Of a stretch of DNA of 64,000 nt, positions 24,376 through 36,900 are shown in pieces (the first letter of the stretch is position 1; each line of letters begins with the position of its first letter). The notes beneath the pieces were generated by a model. That model had not been told where the DNA came from. It searched no databases and saw nothing but the letters and a program-made list of their open reading frames with translations. Location of the stretch: positions 10,924,894 to 10,988,893 of the forward strand of contig CM082589.2 of NCBI GenBank assembly GCA_040954595.2, given 5' to 3'. The DNA is from Balanoglossus misakiensis. Lineage: Eukaryota > Animalia > Hemichordata. The position numbers and the translations under genes are program-made.

Positions 24376-25123
24376 TTTTTAGCTTGGCTGTCACTTGTGT
24401 CAGCCAAGCTGTAGCAGTAGGTTGATAAGTGTCCGTCTGTCGTCCGGCGTCCGTTGTCCGTCGTCCGTCAACTTTCGGTATTTCAATCTTCTTCGTTAAA
24501 ACGACATTGCATATTTAGCTATAATTTGGTAGGAATGTGTGTTATGGTGCCCCTACCTGATTTTGTAAATTTGGATTTGATGGGGTCATAAATATGCAAA
24601 TTAGATCTAAAATAGAATGTTGGTCAAACATTTTCTTCTCCCTAACTACATGTACGATGGAGCTGAAATTTGGCAGGAATGTGTGTTATGGTGCCCCTAC
24701 CTGATTTCATAAATTTGGATATGATCGGGTCATGAATATGCAAATTAGATCTAAAAATATAATTTTTGGTAAAAAATCTTCTTCTCCCTAACTACATGTA
24801 CGATGGAGCTGAAATTTGGTAGAATGTGTGTTATGGTGCCCCTACCTGATTTTGTTTTATTGGAATTTTGATCGGGTCATGAATATGCAAATTAGTACCT
24901 TGGTACTTCCTTTTGATGTTGTTCTTTAGGAATAAATTCTTTCTTTCTTTAGCACAATGAATCAGGCTGAATGTGGATATTAAATACTTGTGATGTCTAT
25001 GTTTGGTTTTGTTTAATAGAATACAATTGTTATGATTAAAACCTAGGGTATTCATATCATTGCCCAGCTATAGGTTTCACTGTTAAAGTCAGCAGAGCTC
25101 TTTTGACCGATAGGTCACTTGTT
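24376..25123 (+). mobile_element. Helentron-associated (HINE/Pearl-like) element with ~143-bp internal tandem repeats
   Basis: T-run, then hairpin agcttggctg..cagccaagct, a (cgtc)n microsatellite, repeats starting aatgtgtgttatggtgcccctacctg at ~24534, 24677 and 24823, and a 3' hairpin tgaccgataggtca followed by cttgtt. Confidence 0.82.
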
Positions 25124-25132
25124 TCTTTAAAG

Positions 25133-25317
25133 GTTGCCAGGGAATTGAAATTCTGCGTAGTTTTGGCACGATTCAGTCACCAGGGTATGATGTTAGCACT
25201 TACCCTGATGATGTTATGTGTAGCTGGTTAATCAAGGAACCAACTGGAAGACCATTAACTCTTATCTTTGATGAGAACTTTGGATTAGAGAGGAACACAG
25301 ATGTTGATTACATCATT
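25133..25317 (+). CDS. Exon: CUB3 N-terminal part
   Basis: ttaaag|GCQGIEILRSFGTIQSPGYDVSTYPDDVMCSWLIKEPTGRPLTLIF..DYII|gtgagt; 185 nt, phase 1-0. Confidence 0.92.
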
Positions 25318-25970
25318 GTGAGTATCAGATATGATCATGAGTCAGCCATGTTAAAAATATTTGTCATATTAAAAAATTTGTCATATTATTTTGCAGTGAT
25401 TTTAGTTTGACAATTTTGGCAGACATTACTTCAAACTATACAACTTTGGAACACAATTTGGAAATTTAATTAATCACATATATACTGTAAAACGGGATAC
25501 TTTTGCAACATGAAATTTTCGCGTTATCAAAAGAGGCAAGTGTTATGCAACAATAACTTTTCACGTTCTTGTATTTCACTGCATCATTATCCCCGAAAAA
25601 CATTTTTACGCAACTTTTTATTTTCATGTTTTGATGGCTCTCACGTAGATCGCGAAAATATATTGTTTGCGAACATTTCCCATTTTACAGTATGTTGAGT
25701 AGCTGTTACAGCAGGAAATGCAACAAGGATTGAATACTATAAAATTTTCGTGAACGATAAATTTTCGTAAACTATGTGAGAGCCAAAAAATATGAAAATA
25801 AAAAGTCGCTTAAAATGCTTCAGAGATAACAATGCAGTAAAATATGCCAATGTGAAAATTAATTGTCGCGTAACAGTAGCCACCTTTGATATCGCGAAAA
25901 TTTCCTGTTGTGAAGATTTCCCGTTTTACGGTATTTACAATGCATGCTTAATTTGTCTTTGTTTCTGAAG

Positions 25971-26154
25971 GTATACAATGGTACTGAGAGTGATGATGAT
26001 GTCATTATTGGTCCATGGAGTGGCAATTCTGATGGAGTCATTGATGGCACTGTGCCACCACCCGATTGCCGTACAGACATTGGACACTTTTCGGTTGTGT
26101 TCAGGAGTAGTAGAACACGACCAGCTAAAGGATTCAGGGCTTCATTTTCACCAG
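25971..26154 (+). CDS. Exon: CUB3 C-terminal part
   Basis: ctgaag|VYNGTESDD..FSVVFRSSRTRPAKGFRASFSP|gtacac; 184 nt, phase 0-1. Confidence 0.9.
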
Positions 26155-26591
26155 GTACACATACTGTAAAACACTTTATTTTCACGAGTTGAAATTTTTC
26201 GCGACATCGAGAGAGGCCACTGTTTCGCCAGTGTTAATTTTCGCGTTCTCTTATTTCATTCATTGCATCTTTATCTTCAAAAAAATTACGCAACTTTTTA
26301 TTTTCACGCTATTTTGGCTCTCGCGTATTTCGCGAAAATCTCTTGCTCGCGAAAATAAAGTGTTTTACAGTAACTTACTAACATTTCAGAAAAAGTTGTT
26401 ACAGAATTCTTAGAAACACACTCTCCCTTTATTCCTTGTGATTTAGAGTCATTAATTGAAAGGTGCAAATGTTTTTGAATTTTTACGAAACTTCAAAGAG
26501 CTGGAAAAACAGAGACAGTAATTTCTTACAATTGCAATGCAATTTTGGACCATTGACAGGAATGGCAACACTCTTGTATCACACTCAATAA

Positions 26592-26815
26592 AGTGATGGG
26601 GTCGTCGCACTGCGTTTGTTTGTTTATAAACATTGCAATTCATCCACAAATCCCTGAAATTAGACAGCCACGACCTACTAGGATCTTCAGTTGCTGTCAT
26701 GGACAGTCTAGGATACTGTCAGCTGCTTCGTTCATTCTAAGAATTATCTTATTTGAGGGATTTGTGGATGAATTGTAATGTTTATAAACAAACGCATTGC
26801 GACGACCCCTTCACT
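26592..26815. mobile_element. MITE with ~60-bp TIRs (Kolobok-like)
   Basis: agtgatggggtcgtcgca..tttataaacattgcaattcatccacaaatccct / agggatttgtggatgaattgtaatgtttataaac..gcgacgaccccttcact|ttaa. Confidence 0.8.
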
Positions 26816-26890
26816 TTAAAACAACTGACATTTATGAGTTTAAGTATTTGTCTGCATGCATTCTTATCATTGTGATCCTTGTTCTGACAG

Positions 26891-26991
26891 ACTGTCCCGA
26901 AATTGTGATTAGTGAGGGCGTGGTGACCAGTACAGAGATAGAAGGTATGATGTCTCTGTCTCATTCCAATGCTCGGACGGTTATCCAGTAG
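26891..26991 (+). CDS. Exon remnant: sushi 1, frameshifted and truncated
   Basis: tgacag|DCPEIVISEGVVTST, then in another frame RDRRYDVSVSFQCSDGYPV, ending at a TTAA-flanked element (26992). Confidence 0.7.
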
Positions 26992-27236
26992 TTAAAGGGG
27001 ATGTCCGGTCTAGCTGATATCTACATAATTTTGTAGCTTTGAGGTCACTCTTTCAGGAAAAAAAAAACATTTTCGCCGTGTATAAGTCGTACCAGCTATG
27101 CAAATATGCCTAGCCTGGTGTCTTGTATCCAAGATAATTAATGAAAAAAGTGCAGTGATGAGAGAGACTTAATTTGTCTCTTGAATCTATTGTTAGCAAC
27201 AACTTGAATGACACTAATTTGTTGTTTATTTTTTAG

Positions 27237-27416
27237 GAATAACATGTGGTGGACCCCCTGAGTGCAGCAATGGAATTCTTACCAATGTTACCAGTACAGT
27301 GTATGGTGGCATTGCTTATTATCAATGCATTGAGGGCTATCAGTTTATAAATAATGTGTCTTCATTGGAATGCCAAGCAGATGGTGTCTGGGGTCCACTT
27401 GTGCCCCAATGCGAGC
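27237..27416 (+). CDS. Exon: sushi/CCP 2
   Basis: ttttag|ITCGGPPECSNG..YQCIEGYQF..ECQADGVWGPLVPQCE|gtaagt; 180 nt. Confidence 0.93.
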
Positions 27417-27519
27417 GTAAGTTGATATTTTTGAAAACAATTAAACTGCCATTGTAGTGCACACTTAGGAGACGGATTTTCAGAAAAATGTTAGTCCTCT
27501 GAACCTTTCAGTGCTTTAA

Positions 27520-27819
27520 AGCCACTAGAGCTGCCACTTTTTGCATTTATTTTCAGATTTTATTTTCCGACGTAGATTGGTACATTGAAATAATTAAGCT
27601 TACTGATAGGGATACAAGAACATGTCATCAATGCCTGATTGTGGCTGTATGTTGCAATTTAAACGTGCAATGTATTAAACAGGTGCCGTACCCATTTTAT
27701 TAAAATCAGCCTCCATACAAACAGTATGCAGCTAGCTATCGTGGTATGCATCACCATAGATTTGAAAGGTTTTACTGTGGAAAAGAAAAAAATTGTGAAA
27801 TTTGGCAGCTCTAGAGGCT
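27520..27819. mobile_element. Kolobok-like MITE, TTAA TSD
   Basis: ttaa|agccactagagctgcca ... tggcagctctagaggct|ttaa. Confidence 0.85.
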
Positions 27820-28117
27820 TTAAAGTGTGTGATGAGTCGTTTTGAAAACAAAGTATAACACAGGGTGTTCACTGTCATGTTTTCATAAAAATCACTGACT
27901 CAAGTTGAAATTCTCTCCATAGCGTTATGATGGGGCACTTTGTGCTGGTTGCTACATTCCACATGGGTGTCTAATTGGGACATTACACACTGAATGTTAA
28001 ACCAGACACTGGTAACTTGAAAATATGCAGGATTGTGAGGGTTACTGCATGTCCCTTTAAACCATTTTCCTAGTATTAACACACTTGTAATGTTATCTGT
28101 TCATCTTATCCAAACAG

Positions 28118-28300
28118 CTCGCGAGTGTCCACCACCGAATGTAGACAACTACTTATCATATGAAATTGTTAATGGTGATTCATTGATTTTTGGAACAACC
28201 GTTGCCTACTCATGTCCATCTGGCTACAGTCTGACTGGCTACACTGTCTCTACATGTGGTGAAGATGGATCATGGATTGGAGATCCAGGATACTGTCAAC
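28118..28300 (+). CDS. Exon: sushi/CCP 3
   Basis: aaacag|RECPPPNVDN..FGTTVAYSCPSGYSLTGYTVSTCGEDGSWIGDPGYCQ|gtaagt; 183 nt. Confidence 0.94.
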
Positions 28301-28610
28301 GTAAGTCATTTAAGGATGTACATTCAGTAAAATTGAAAATATGGTCATTTCTTTTAATTGTTAATTTTTGGATTATCCTATGTATGTATAATGAAAATTT
28401 GTGATAAAATATAGGGGTCACCACGCTTGTTTTTGAAATACAGAGTCATGAATTTAGTCGATAATTGAAAAAAAGGAGTCAATGGTATCTGGACTTTTAT
28501 AGTGGGAACTTGGGGTGAAAATGTTAAAGTTGTGACAGAATACAGATACCCAATATATATACCACAATCAAGTCTGCATCCACATAGTGTTTTATTTTTT
28601 TTACTTGCAG

Positions 28611-28793
28611 GATTGAACTGCAGTGATATACTCATAACAGACCCACATCTACAAGCTGTCCCTGATAGTGGACCATATTATATGGGCAGTAACATCACAT
28701 TCTATTGTAATGCTGGCTATGAATTAAATGGTGCTGATTACCTGACTTGTCAATCCGATTTACAGTGGAATAGTGCAATACCATCATGCATTG
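28611..28793 (+). CDS. Exon: sushi/CCP 4
   Basis: ttgcag|LNCSD..GSNITFYCNAGYELNGADYLTCQSDLQWNSAIPSCI|gtaagt; 183 nt. Confidence 0.94.
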
Positions 28794-29269
28794 GTAAGTT
28801 CACATCAAGATTGGTCTTCATGTGGTTGTCTGCTTATGAGGTACCGTAATCGATCACTCCAGTAATTTGACTATTTATCATAAATGTCACCTAAACTACA
28901 TGCTGATAGGACATACAGTTCATGCCATGCAAATCTATGGCTGTCAGAAATTTCATGATTTTCGTAATTTTATTTTTCATTGATTACTGTAAAACAGGAA
29001 ATTTTCGCGACAAAGACATTTTTTGCGATATCAAAAGCAGAAACTGTTATGAGACGATTAATTTTCATGTTCTCGTATTTCACTACATTGTTATCACTGA
29101 AAATAGTTTTTTACGCAAAAATGTCTTTTTTTTTGGCTCTTGCATAGTTCGCGAAAATTTGTTTGTGAAAATTTCCTGTTGGTCTGGTGGTTCCCAGCTA
29201 AACTTGTTGGTCTGAATTTACCAGCGGACCTGTGGGATTTTGATCATATCTTGATGAATAACATTTCAG

Positions 29270-29398
29270 ATATCAATGAATGTAGTACATTGGTGGCACG
29301 GTGTGGAATCAATCAAGTCTGTGAAAATAGAGATGGTGACTATCAGTGTGCATGTTTGGTGGGATTTGAACCAGATGTGAATGGAACAGCATGCAAAG
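29270..29398 (+). CDS. Exon: calcium-binding EGF 1
   Basis: tttcag|DINECSTLVARCGINQVCENRDGDYQCACLVGFEPDVNGTACK|gtgaga; 129 nt. Confidence 0.94.
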
Positions 29399-29919
29399 GT
29401 GAGACATAAACAAGTCACTTGCAACATAACTTCAAGTCACTATTTTCACATTTAACACATTCTGAACTTATTTCAGAATTCCGGATAAATTTTTGGAATG
29501 ACCTTTTAATCTCAGGTGTCTTTTTCTCATAGGATTACATTGATAATTGCTAGAAAACAAACTTCTACTATTGTCATTTTCACGAAATTTTACACATAGC
29601 TCAGTCTAGTAAATATAAATTCATTGGTCAAATAAAATTGTGTGATTACAATGCTCTATTTTGAGATAAATTTCTTTAAGGTTTTTGTCCATAGACAAAC
29701 CATTGGTGAACCATGCTGAGTCAGCAGGTTTCTTCTATTATCAACTAAATTAATGGCCTTGTATTTCAAAAGCAAGCAAGGTGACGCCTTTATTTTATCA
29801 CAGATTCATCTTGTACGTACACAAGATAATCCCAAAATTCACGATTAAAAGAAATGACAATACTTTCAATTTTACTGAACGTACATTGTTTTAATCCAAT
29901 CCATGTTCCTTCTTTGTAG

Positions 29920-30105
29920 ATATAAATGAATGTGCTTCACATTCTTGTGATCAACTTTGTAAAAACACTGCAGGTGGTTTTCAATGTTCCTGTGAAGAAG
30001 GCTATCTCTTATATGCAAATAACGGCACAGGTGGATTCTATCTGCCACCTGGAGAAACTGGTCTCTCAATGTATGATGTCTACACTTTTAACCAATCATG
30101 TGTTC
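29920..30105 (+). CDS. Exon: calcium-binding EGF 2 with Uif-type insertion
   Basis: ttgtag|DINECASHSCDQLCKNTAGGFQCSCEEGYLLYANNGTGGFYLPPGETGLSMYDVYTFNQSCV|gtaagt; 186 nt. Confidence 0.93.
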
Positions 30106-30620
30106 GTAAGTATCATGTTAAACTAAAGAGTTAAAGGTATATGATCACCCATGGAAAATTAGCTATATATAGTTACCATGGAAAATTGAAATCTAGCCAA
30201 TCACAGATTTTCATTTGGTGGCACACGTGGAAAACAGGCGCCACCATATGTTCTTTAGAATGCTCAAATACGCCATTCAGCCATATATGGGAATGTGTAT
30301 TGAAGGTGACTGTATACTTTTAACCAAGATTTGTCATATTATTGACCTTTATACCGCAATGAATTTGCAGCAACAAAAAGTGGACAAAAAGCTGAATTTC
30401 ATAATTGGATTTCATAATTTTGCCGTAATTCAATAATGAAATGTGGAGAAAGTCAGCAGACCAACTTTGCACTGTTATTATTTATTTTGGATTTGTTTCC
30501 CTCCTGCTAACAAAAGTGTCCTCTCACCTCATGGCATGAAGATGCATTGAATTCTGAGAAAAAGGGGATTAATACTTGAGTGTATTTACAAAGACAAACA
30601 AGCTCACTGGTAGCATTTAA

Positions 30621-30727
30621 AGGGGAAGTCCGGTTCAGCTACATAATTGGGTAGCTTTGAGGTCATTCTTTCAGAAAAAAACATTGTGTAGAAATTATGC
30701 ATAAATCAGCTGGACAGGACTTCCCTT
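30621..30727. mobile_element. Short Kolobok-like MITE; a related fragment begins at 26996
   Basis: ttaa|aggggaagtccggttcagct ... agctggacaggacttccctt|ttaa. Confidence 0.75.
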
Positions 30728-30956
30728 TTAATATTTCCAAGCAAGGCAATTGGTTTACTGCAACAATTACTTTGAAAACACAGTGTAAAACAACAATCAT
30801 GATATGAATGTTACTTTAATAGATAGTCATAGTTATATAAGCATGACTGTCTATGTTGGTCTGTAAGTTGTATTTGAAAGAAAAGTTTCATGTACGAATA
30901 GTACAAAGATTGACATTTAGTCCACAAATCCCTGAAATGAGACAGCCACGACCTAC

Positions 30957-33900
30957 CATTAACATTAACCAGAGCACACAGTAACCAGGCCGTAGTGGAC
31001 AGTGTTCTGCCCATTAATTTTGAGTGTTTGGTGGGGTCAACCTTTGCGTCAACATTAACCAGAGCACACAGTAACCAGGCCATAGTGGACAGTGTGCTGC
31101 CCATTAATTTTGAGTGTTTGGTGGGGTCAACCTTTGCGTCAACATTAACCAGAGCACACAGTAACCAGGCCGTAGTGGACAGTGTTCTGCCCATTAATTT
31201 TGAGTGTTTGGTGGGGTCAACCTTTGCGTCAACATTAACCAGAGCACACAGTAACCAGGCCGTAGTGGACAGTGTTCTGCCCATTAATTTTGAGTGTTTG
31301 GTGGGGTCAACCTTTGCGTCAACATTAACCAGAGCACACAGTAACCAGGCCGTAGTGGACAGTGTTCTGCCCATTAATTTTGAGTGTTTGGTGGGGTCAA
31401 CCTTTGCGTCAACATTAACTAGGCCAGAGTGGCCAGTATCGTGCCCATTAATTTTGAGTGTTTGGTGGGGTCAACCTTTGCGTCAACATTAACTAGGCCA
31501 GAGTGGCCAGTATCATGCCCATTAATTTTGAGTGTTTGGTGGGGTCAACCTTTGCGTCAACATTAACTAGGCCAGAGTGGCCAGTATCTTGCCCATTAAT
31601 TTTGAGTGTTTGGTGGGGTCAACCTTTGCGTCAACATTAACTAGGCCAGAGTGGCCAGTATCATGCCCATTAATTTTGAGTGTTTGGTGGGGTCAACCTT
31701 TGCGTCAACATTAACCAGAGCACACAGTAACCAGGCCGTAGTGGACAGTGTTCTGCCCATTAATTTTGAGTGTTTGGTGGGGTCAACCTTTGCGTCAACA
31801 TTAACCAGAGCACACAGTAACCAGGCCATAGTGGACAGTGTTCTGCCCATTAATTTTGAGTGTTTGGTGGGGTCAACCTTTGCGTCAACATTAACCAGAG
31901 CACACAGTAACCAGGCCGTAGTGGACAGTGTTCTGCCCATTAATTTTGAGTGTTTGGTGGGGTCAACCTTTGCGTCAACATTAACCAGAGCACACAGTAA
32001 CCAGGCCATAGTGGACAGTGTGCTGCCCATTAATTTTGAGTGTTTGGTGGGGTCAACCTTTGCGTCAACATTAACCAGAGCACACAGTAACCAGGCCGTA
32101 GTGGACAGTGTTCTGCCCATTAATTTTGAGTGTTTGGTGGGGTCAACCTTTGCGTCAACATTAACCAGAGCACACAGTAACCAGGCCATAGTGGACAGTG
32201 TTCTGCCCATTAATTTTGAGTGTTTGGTGGGGTCAACCTTTGCGTCAACATTAACCAGAGCACACAGTAACCAGGCCGTAGTGGACAGTGTTCTGCCCAT
32301 TAATTTTGAGTGTTTGGTGGGGTCAACCTTTGCGTCAACATTAACCAGAGCACACAGTAACCAGGCCGTAGTGGACAGTGTTCTGCCCATTAATTTTGAG
32401 TGTTTGGTGGGGTCAACCTTTGCGTCAACATTAACCAGAGCACACAGTAACCAGGCCAGAGTGGCCAGTATCGTGCCCATTAATTTTGAGTGTTTGGTGG
32501 GGGTCAACCTTTGCGTCAACATTAACCAGAGCACACAGTAACCAGGCCGTAGTGGACAGTGTTCTGCCCATTAATTTTGAGTGTTTGGTGGGGTCAACCT
32601 TTGCGTCAACATTAACCAGAGCACACAGTAACCAGGCCATAGTGGACAGTGTGCTGCCCATTAATTTTGAGTGTTTGGTGGGGTCAACCTTTGCGTCAAC
32701 ATTAACCAGAGCACACAGTAACCAGGCCGTAGTGGACAGTGTTCTGCCCATTAATTTTGAGTGTTTGGTGGGGTCAACCTTTGCGTCAACATTAACCAGA
32801 GCACACAGTAACCAGGCCAGAGTGGCCAGTATCGTGCCCATTAATTTTGAGTGTTTGGTGGGGGTCAACCTTTGCGTCAACATTAACCAGAGCACACAGT
32901 AACCAGGCCGTAGTGGACAGTGTTCAGCCCATTAATTTTGAGTGTTTGGTGGGGTCAACCTTTGCGTCAACATTAACCAGAGCACACAGTAACCAGGCCA
33001 TAGTGGACAGTGTGCTGCCCATTAATTTTGAGTGTTTGGTGGGGTCAACCTTTGCGTCAACATTAACTAGGCCAGAGTGGCCAGTATCGTGCCCATTAAT
33101 TTTGAGTGTTTGGTGGGGTCAACCTTTGCGTCAACATTAACTAGGCCAGAGTGGCCAGTATCGTGCCCATTAATTTTGAGTGTTTGGTGGGGTCAACCTT
33201 TGCGTCAACATTAACTAGGCCAGAGTGGCCAGTATCGTGCCCATTAATTTTGAGTGTTTGGTGGGGTCAACCTTTGCGTCAACATTAACTAGGCCAGAGT
33301 GGCCAGTATCGTGCCCATTAATTTTGAGTGTTTGGTGGGGTCAACCTTTGCGTCAACATTAACTAGGCCAGAGTGGCCAGTATCGTGCCCATTAATTTTG
33401 AGTGTTTGGTGGGGGTCAACCTTTGCGTCAACATTAACCAGAGCACACAGTAACCAGGCCGTAGTGGACAGTGTTCTGCCCATTAATTTTGAGTGTTTGG
33501 TGGGGTCAACCTTTGCGTCAACATTAACCAGAGCACACAGTAACCAGGCCATAGTGGACAGTGTGCTGCCCATTAATTTTGAGTGTTTGGTGGGGTCAAC
33601 CTTTGCGTCAACATTAACCAGAGCACACAGTAACCAGGCCATAGTGGACAGTGTTCTGCCCATTAATTTTGAGTGTTTGGTGGGGTCAACCTTTGCGTCA
33701 ACATTAACCAGAGCACACAGTAACCAGACCGTAGTGGACAGTGTTCTGCCCATTAATTTTGAGTGTTTGGTGGGGTCAACCTTTGCGTCAACATTAACCA
33801 GAGCACACAGTAACCAGGCCATAGTGGACAGTGTTCTGCCCATTAATTTTGAGTGTTTGGTGGGGTCAACCTTTGCGTCAACATTAACCAGAGCACACAG

Positions 33901-36900
33901 TAACCAGGCCGTAGTGGACAGTGTTCTGCCCATTAATTTTGAGTGTTTGTTGGGGTCAACCTTTGCGTCAACATTAACCAGAGCACACAGTAACCAGGCC
34001 ATAGTGGACAGTGTGCTGCCCATTAATTTTGAGTGTTTGGTGGGGTCAACCTTTGCGTCAACATTAACCAGAGCACACAGTAACCAGGCCGTAGTGGACA
34101 CTGTTCTGCCCATTAATTTTGAGTGTTTGGTGGGTTCAACCTTTGCGTCAACATTAACCAGAGCACACAGTAACCAGGCCATAGTGGACAGTGTTCTGCC
34201 CATTAATTTTGAGTGTTTGGTGGGGTCAACCTTTGCGTCAACATTAACCAGAGCACACAGTAACCAGGCCGTAGTGGACAGTGTTCTGCCCATTAATTTT
34301 GAGTGTTTGGTGGGGTCAACCTTTGCGTCAACATTAACCAGAGCACACAGTAACCAGGCCGTAGTGGACAGTGTTCTGCCCATTAATTTTGAGTGTTTGG
34401 TGGGGTCAACCTTTGCGTCAACATTAACCAGAGCACACAGTAACCAGGCCGTAGTGGACAGTGTTCTGCCCATTAATTTTGAGTGTTTGGTGGGGTCAAC
34501 CTTTGCGTCAACATTAACCAGAGCACACAGTAACCAGGCCATAGTGGACAGTGTTCTGCCCATTAATTTTGAGTGTTTGGTGGGGTCAACCTTTGCGTCA
34601 ACATTAACCAGAGCACACAGTAACCAGGCCGTAGTGGACAGTGTTCTGCCCATTAATTTTGAGTGTTTGGTGGGGTCAACCTTTGCGTCAACATTAACCA
34701 GAGCACACAGTAACCAGGCCATAGTGGACAGTGTGCTGCCCATTAATTTTGAGTGTTTGGTGGGGCCAACCTTTGCGTCAACATTAACCAGAGCACACAG
34801 TAACCAGGCCATAGTGGACAGTGTTCTGCCCATTAATTTTGAGTGTTTGGTGGGGTCAACCTTTGCGTCAACATTAACCAGAGCACACAGTAACCAGGCC
34901 GTAGTGGACAGTGTTCTGCCCATTAATTTTGAGTGTTTGGTGGGGTCAACCTTTGCGTCAACATTAACCAGAGCACACAGTAACCAGGCCGTAGTGGACA
35001 GTGTTCTGCCCATTAATTTTGAGTGTTTGGTGGGGTCAACCTTTGCGTCAACATTAACCAGAGCACACAGTAACCAGGCCGTAGTGGACAGTGTTCTGCC
35101 CATTAATTTTGAGTGTTTGGTGGGGTCAACCTTTGCGTCAACATTAACCAGAGCACACAGTAACCAGGCCATAGTGGACAGTGTGCTGCCCATTAATTTT
35201 GAGTGTTTGGTGGGGTCAACCTTTGCGTCAACATTAACCAGAGCACAGAGTAACCAGGCCATAGTGGACAGTGTTCTGCCCATTAATTTTGAGTGTTTGG
35301 TGGGGTCAACCTTTGCGTCAACATTAACTAGGCCAGAGTGGCCAGTATCGTGCCCATTAATTTTGAGTGTTTGGTGGGGTCAACCTTTGCGTCAACATTA
35401 ACAAGGCCAGAGAGGCCAGTATCGTGCCCATTAATTTTGAGTGTTTGGTGGGGTCAACCTTTGCGTCAACATTAACTAGGCCAGAGTGGCCAGTATCGTG
35501 CCCATTAATTTTGAGTGTTTGGTGGGGTCAACCTTTGCGTCAACATTAACTAGGCCAGAGTGGCCAGTATCGTGCCCATTAATTTTGAGTGTTTGGTGGG
35601 GTCAACCTTTGCGTCAACATTAACTAGGCCAGAGTGGCCAGTATCGTGCCCATTAATTTTGAGTGTTTGGTGGGGTCAACCTTTGCGTCAACATTAACTA
35701 GGCCAGAGTGGCCAGTATCGTGCCCATTAATTTTGAGTGTTTGGTGGGGTCAACCTTTGCGTCAACATTAACCAGAGCACACAGTAACCAGGCCATAGTG
35801 GACAGTGTTCTGCCCATTAATTTTGAGTGTTTGGTGGGGTCAACCTTTGCGTCAACATTAACCAGAGCAAACAGTAACCAGGCCGTAGTGGACAGTGTTC
35901 TGCCCATTAATTTTGAGTGTTTGGTGGGGTCAACCTTTGCGTCAACATTAACCAGAGCACACAGTAACCAGGCCGTAGTGGACAGTGTTCTGCCCATTAA
36001 TTTTGAGTGTTTGGTTGGTTCAACCTTTGCGTCAACATTAACCAGAGCACACAGTAACCAGGCCATAGTGGACAGTGAGCTGCCCATTAATTTTGAGTGT
36101 TTGGTGGGGTCAACCTTTGCGTCAACATTAACCAGAGCACACAGTAACCAGGCCGTAGTGGACAGTGTTCTGCCCATTAATTTTGAGTGTTTGGTGGGGT
36201 CAACCTTTGCGTCAACATTAACCAGAGCACACAGTAACCAGGCCATAGTGGACAGTGTGCTGCCCATTAATTTTGAGTGTTTGGTGGGGTCAACCTTTGC
36301 GTCAACATTAACCAGAGCACAGAGTAACCAGGCCATAGTGGACAGTGTTCTGCCCATTAATTTTGAGTGTTTGGTGGGGTCAACCTTTGCGTCAACATTA
36401 ACTAGGCCAGAGTGGCCAGTATCGTGCCCATTAATTTTGAGTGTTTGGTGGGGTCAACCTTTGCGTCAACATTAACTAGGCCAGAGTGGCCAGTATCGTG
36501 CCCATTAATTTTGAGGGTTTGGTGGGGTCAACCTTTGCGTCAACATTAACGAGGCCAGAGTGGCCAGTATCGTGCCCATTAATTTTGAGTGTTTGGTGGG
36601 GTCAACCTTTGCGTCAACATTAACTAGGCCAGAGTGGCCAGTATCGTGCCCATTAATTTTGAGTGTTTGGTGGGGGTCAACCTTTGCGTCAACATTAACC
36701 AGAGCACACAGTAACCAGGCCGTAGTGGACAGTGTTCTGCCCATTAATTTTGAGTGTTTGGTGGGGTCAACCTTTGCGTCAACATTAACCAGAGCACACA
36801 GTAACCAGGCCATAGTGGACAGTGTGCTGCCCATTAATTTTGAGTGTTTGGTGGGGTCAACCTTTGCGTCAACATTAACCAGAGCACACAGTAACCAGCC

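Larger units (their letters stand above)
10665..30105 (+). pseudogene. Uninflatable/SP1070-like multidomain surface-protein gene fragment (CTL-CUBx3-sushi x4-cbEGF x2), probable pseudogene
   Basis: 16 exons with mostly phase-compatible GT-AG sites. The last EGF exon has the Uif-family-like insert GYLLYANNGTGGFYLPPGETGLSMYDVYTFNQSCV. Lesions: TGA at 22558, AG>CG acceptor at 23361, missing donor at ~20630, frameshift at ~26932. Start exon not identified. Confidence 0.8.
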
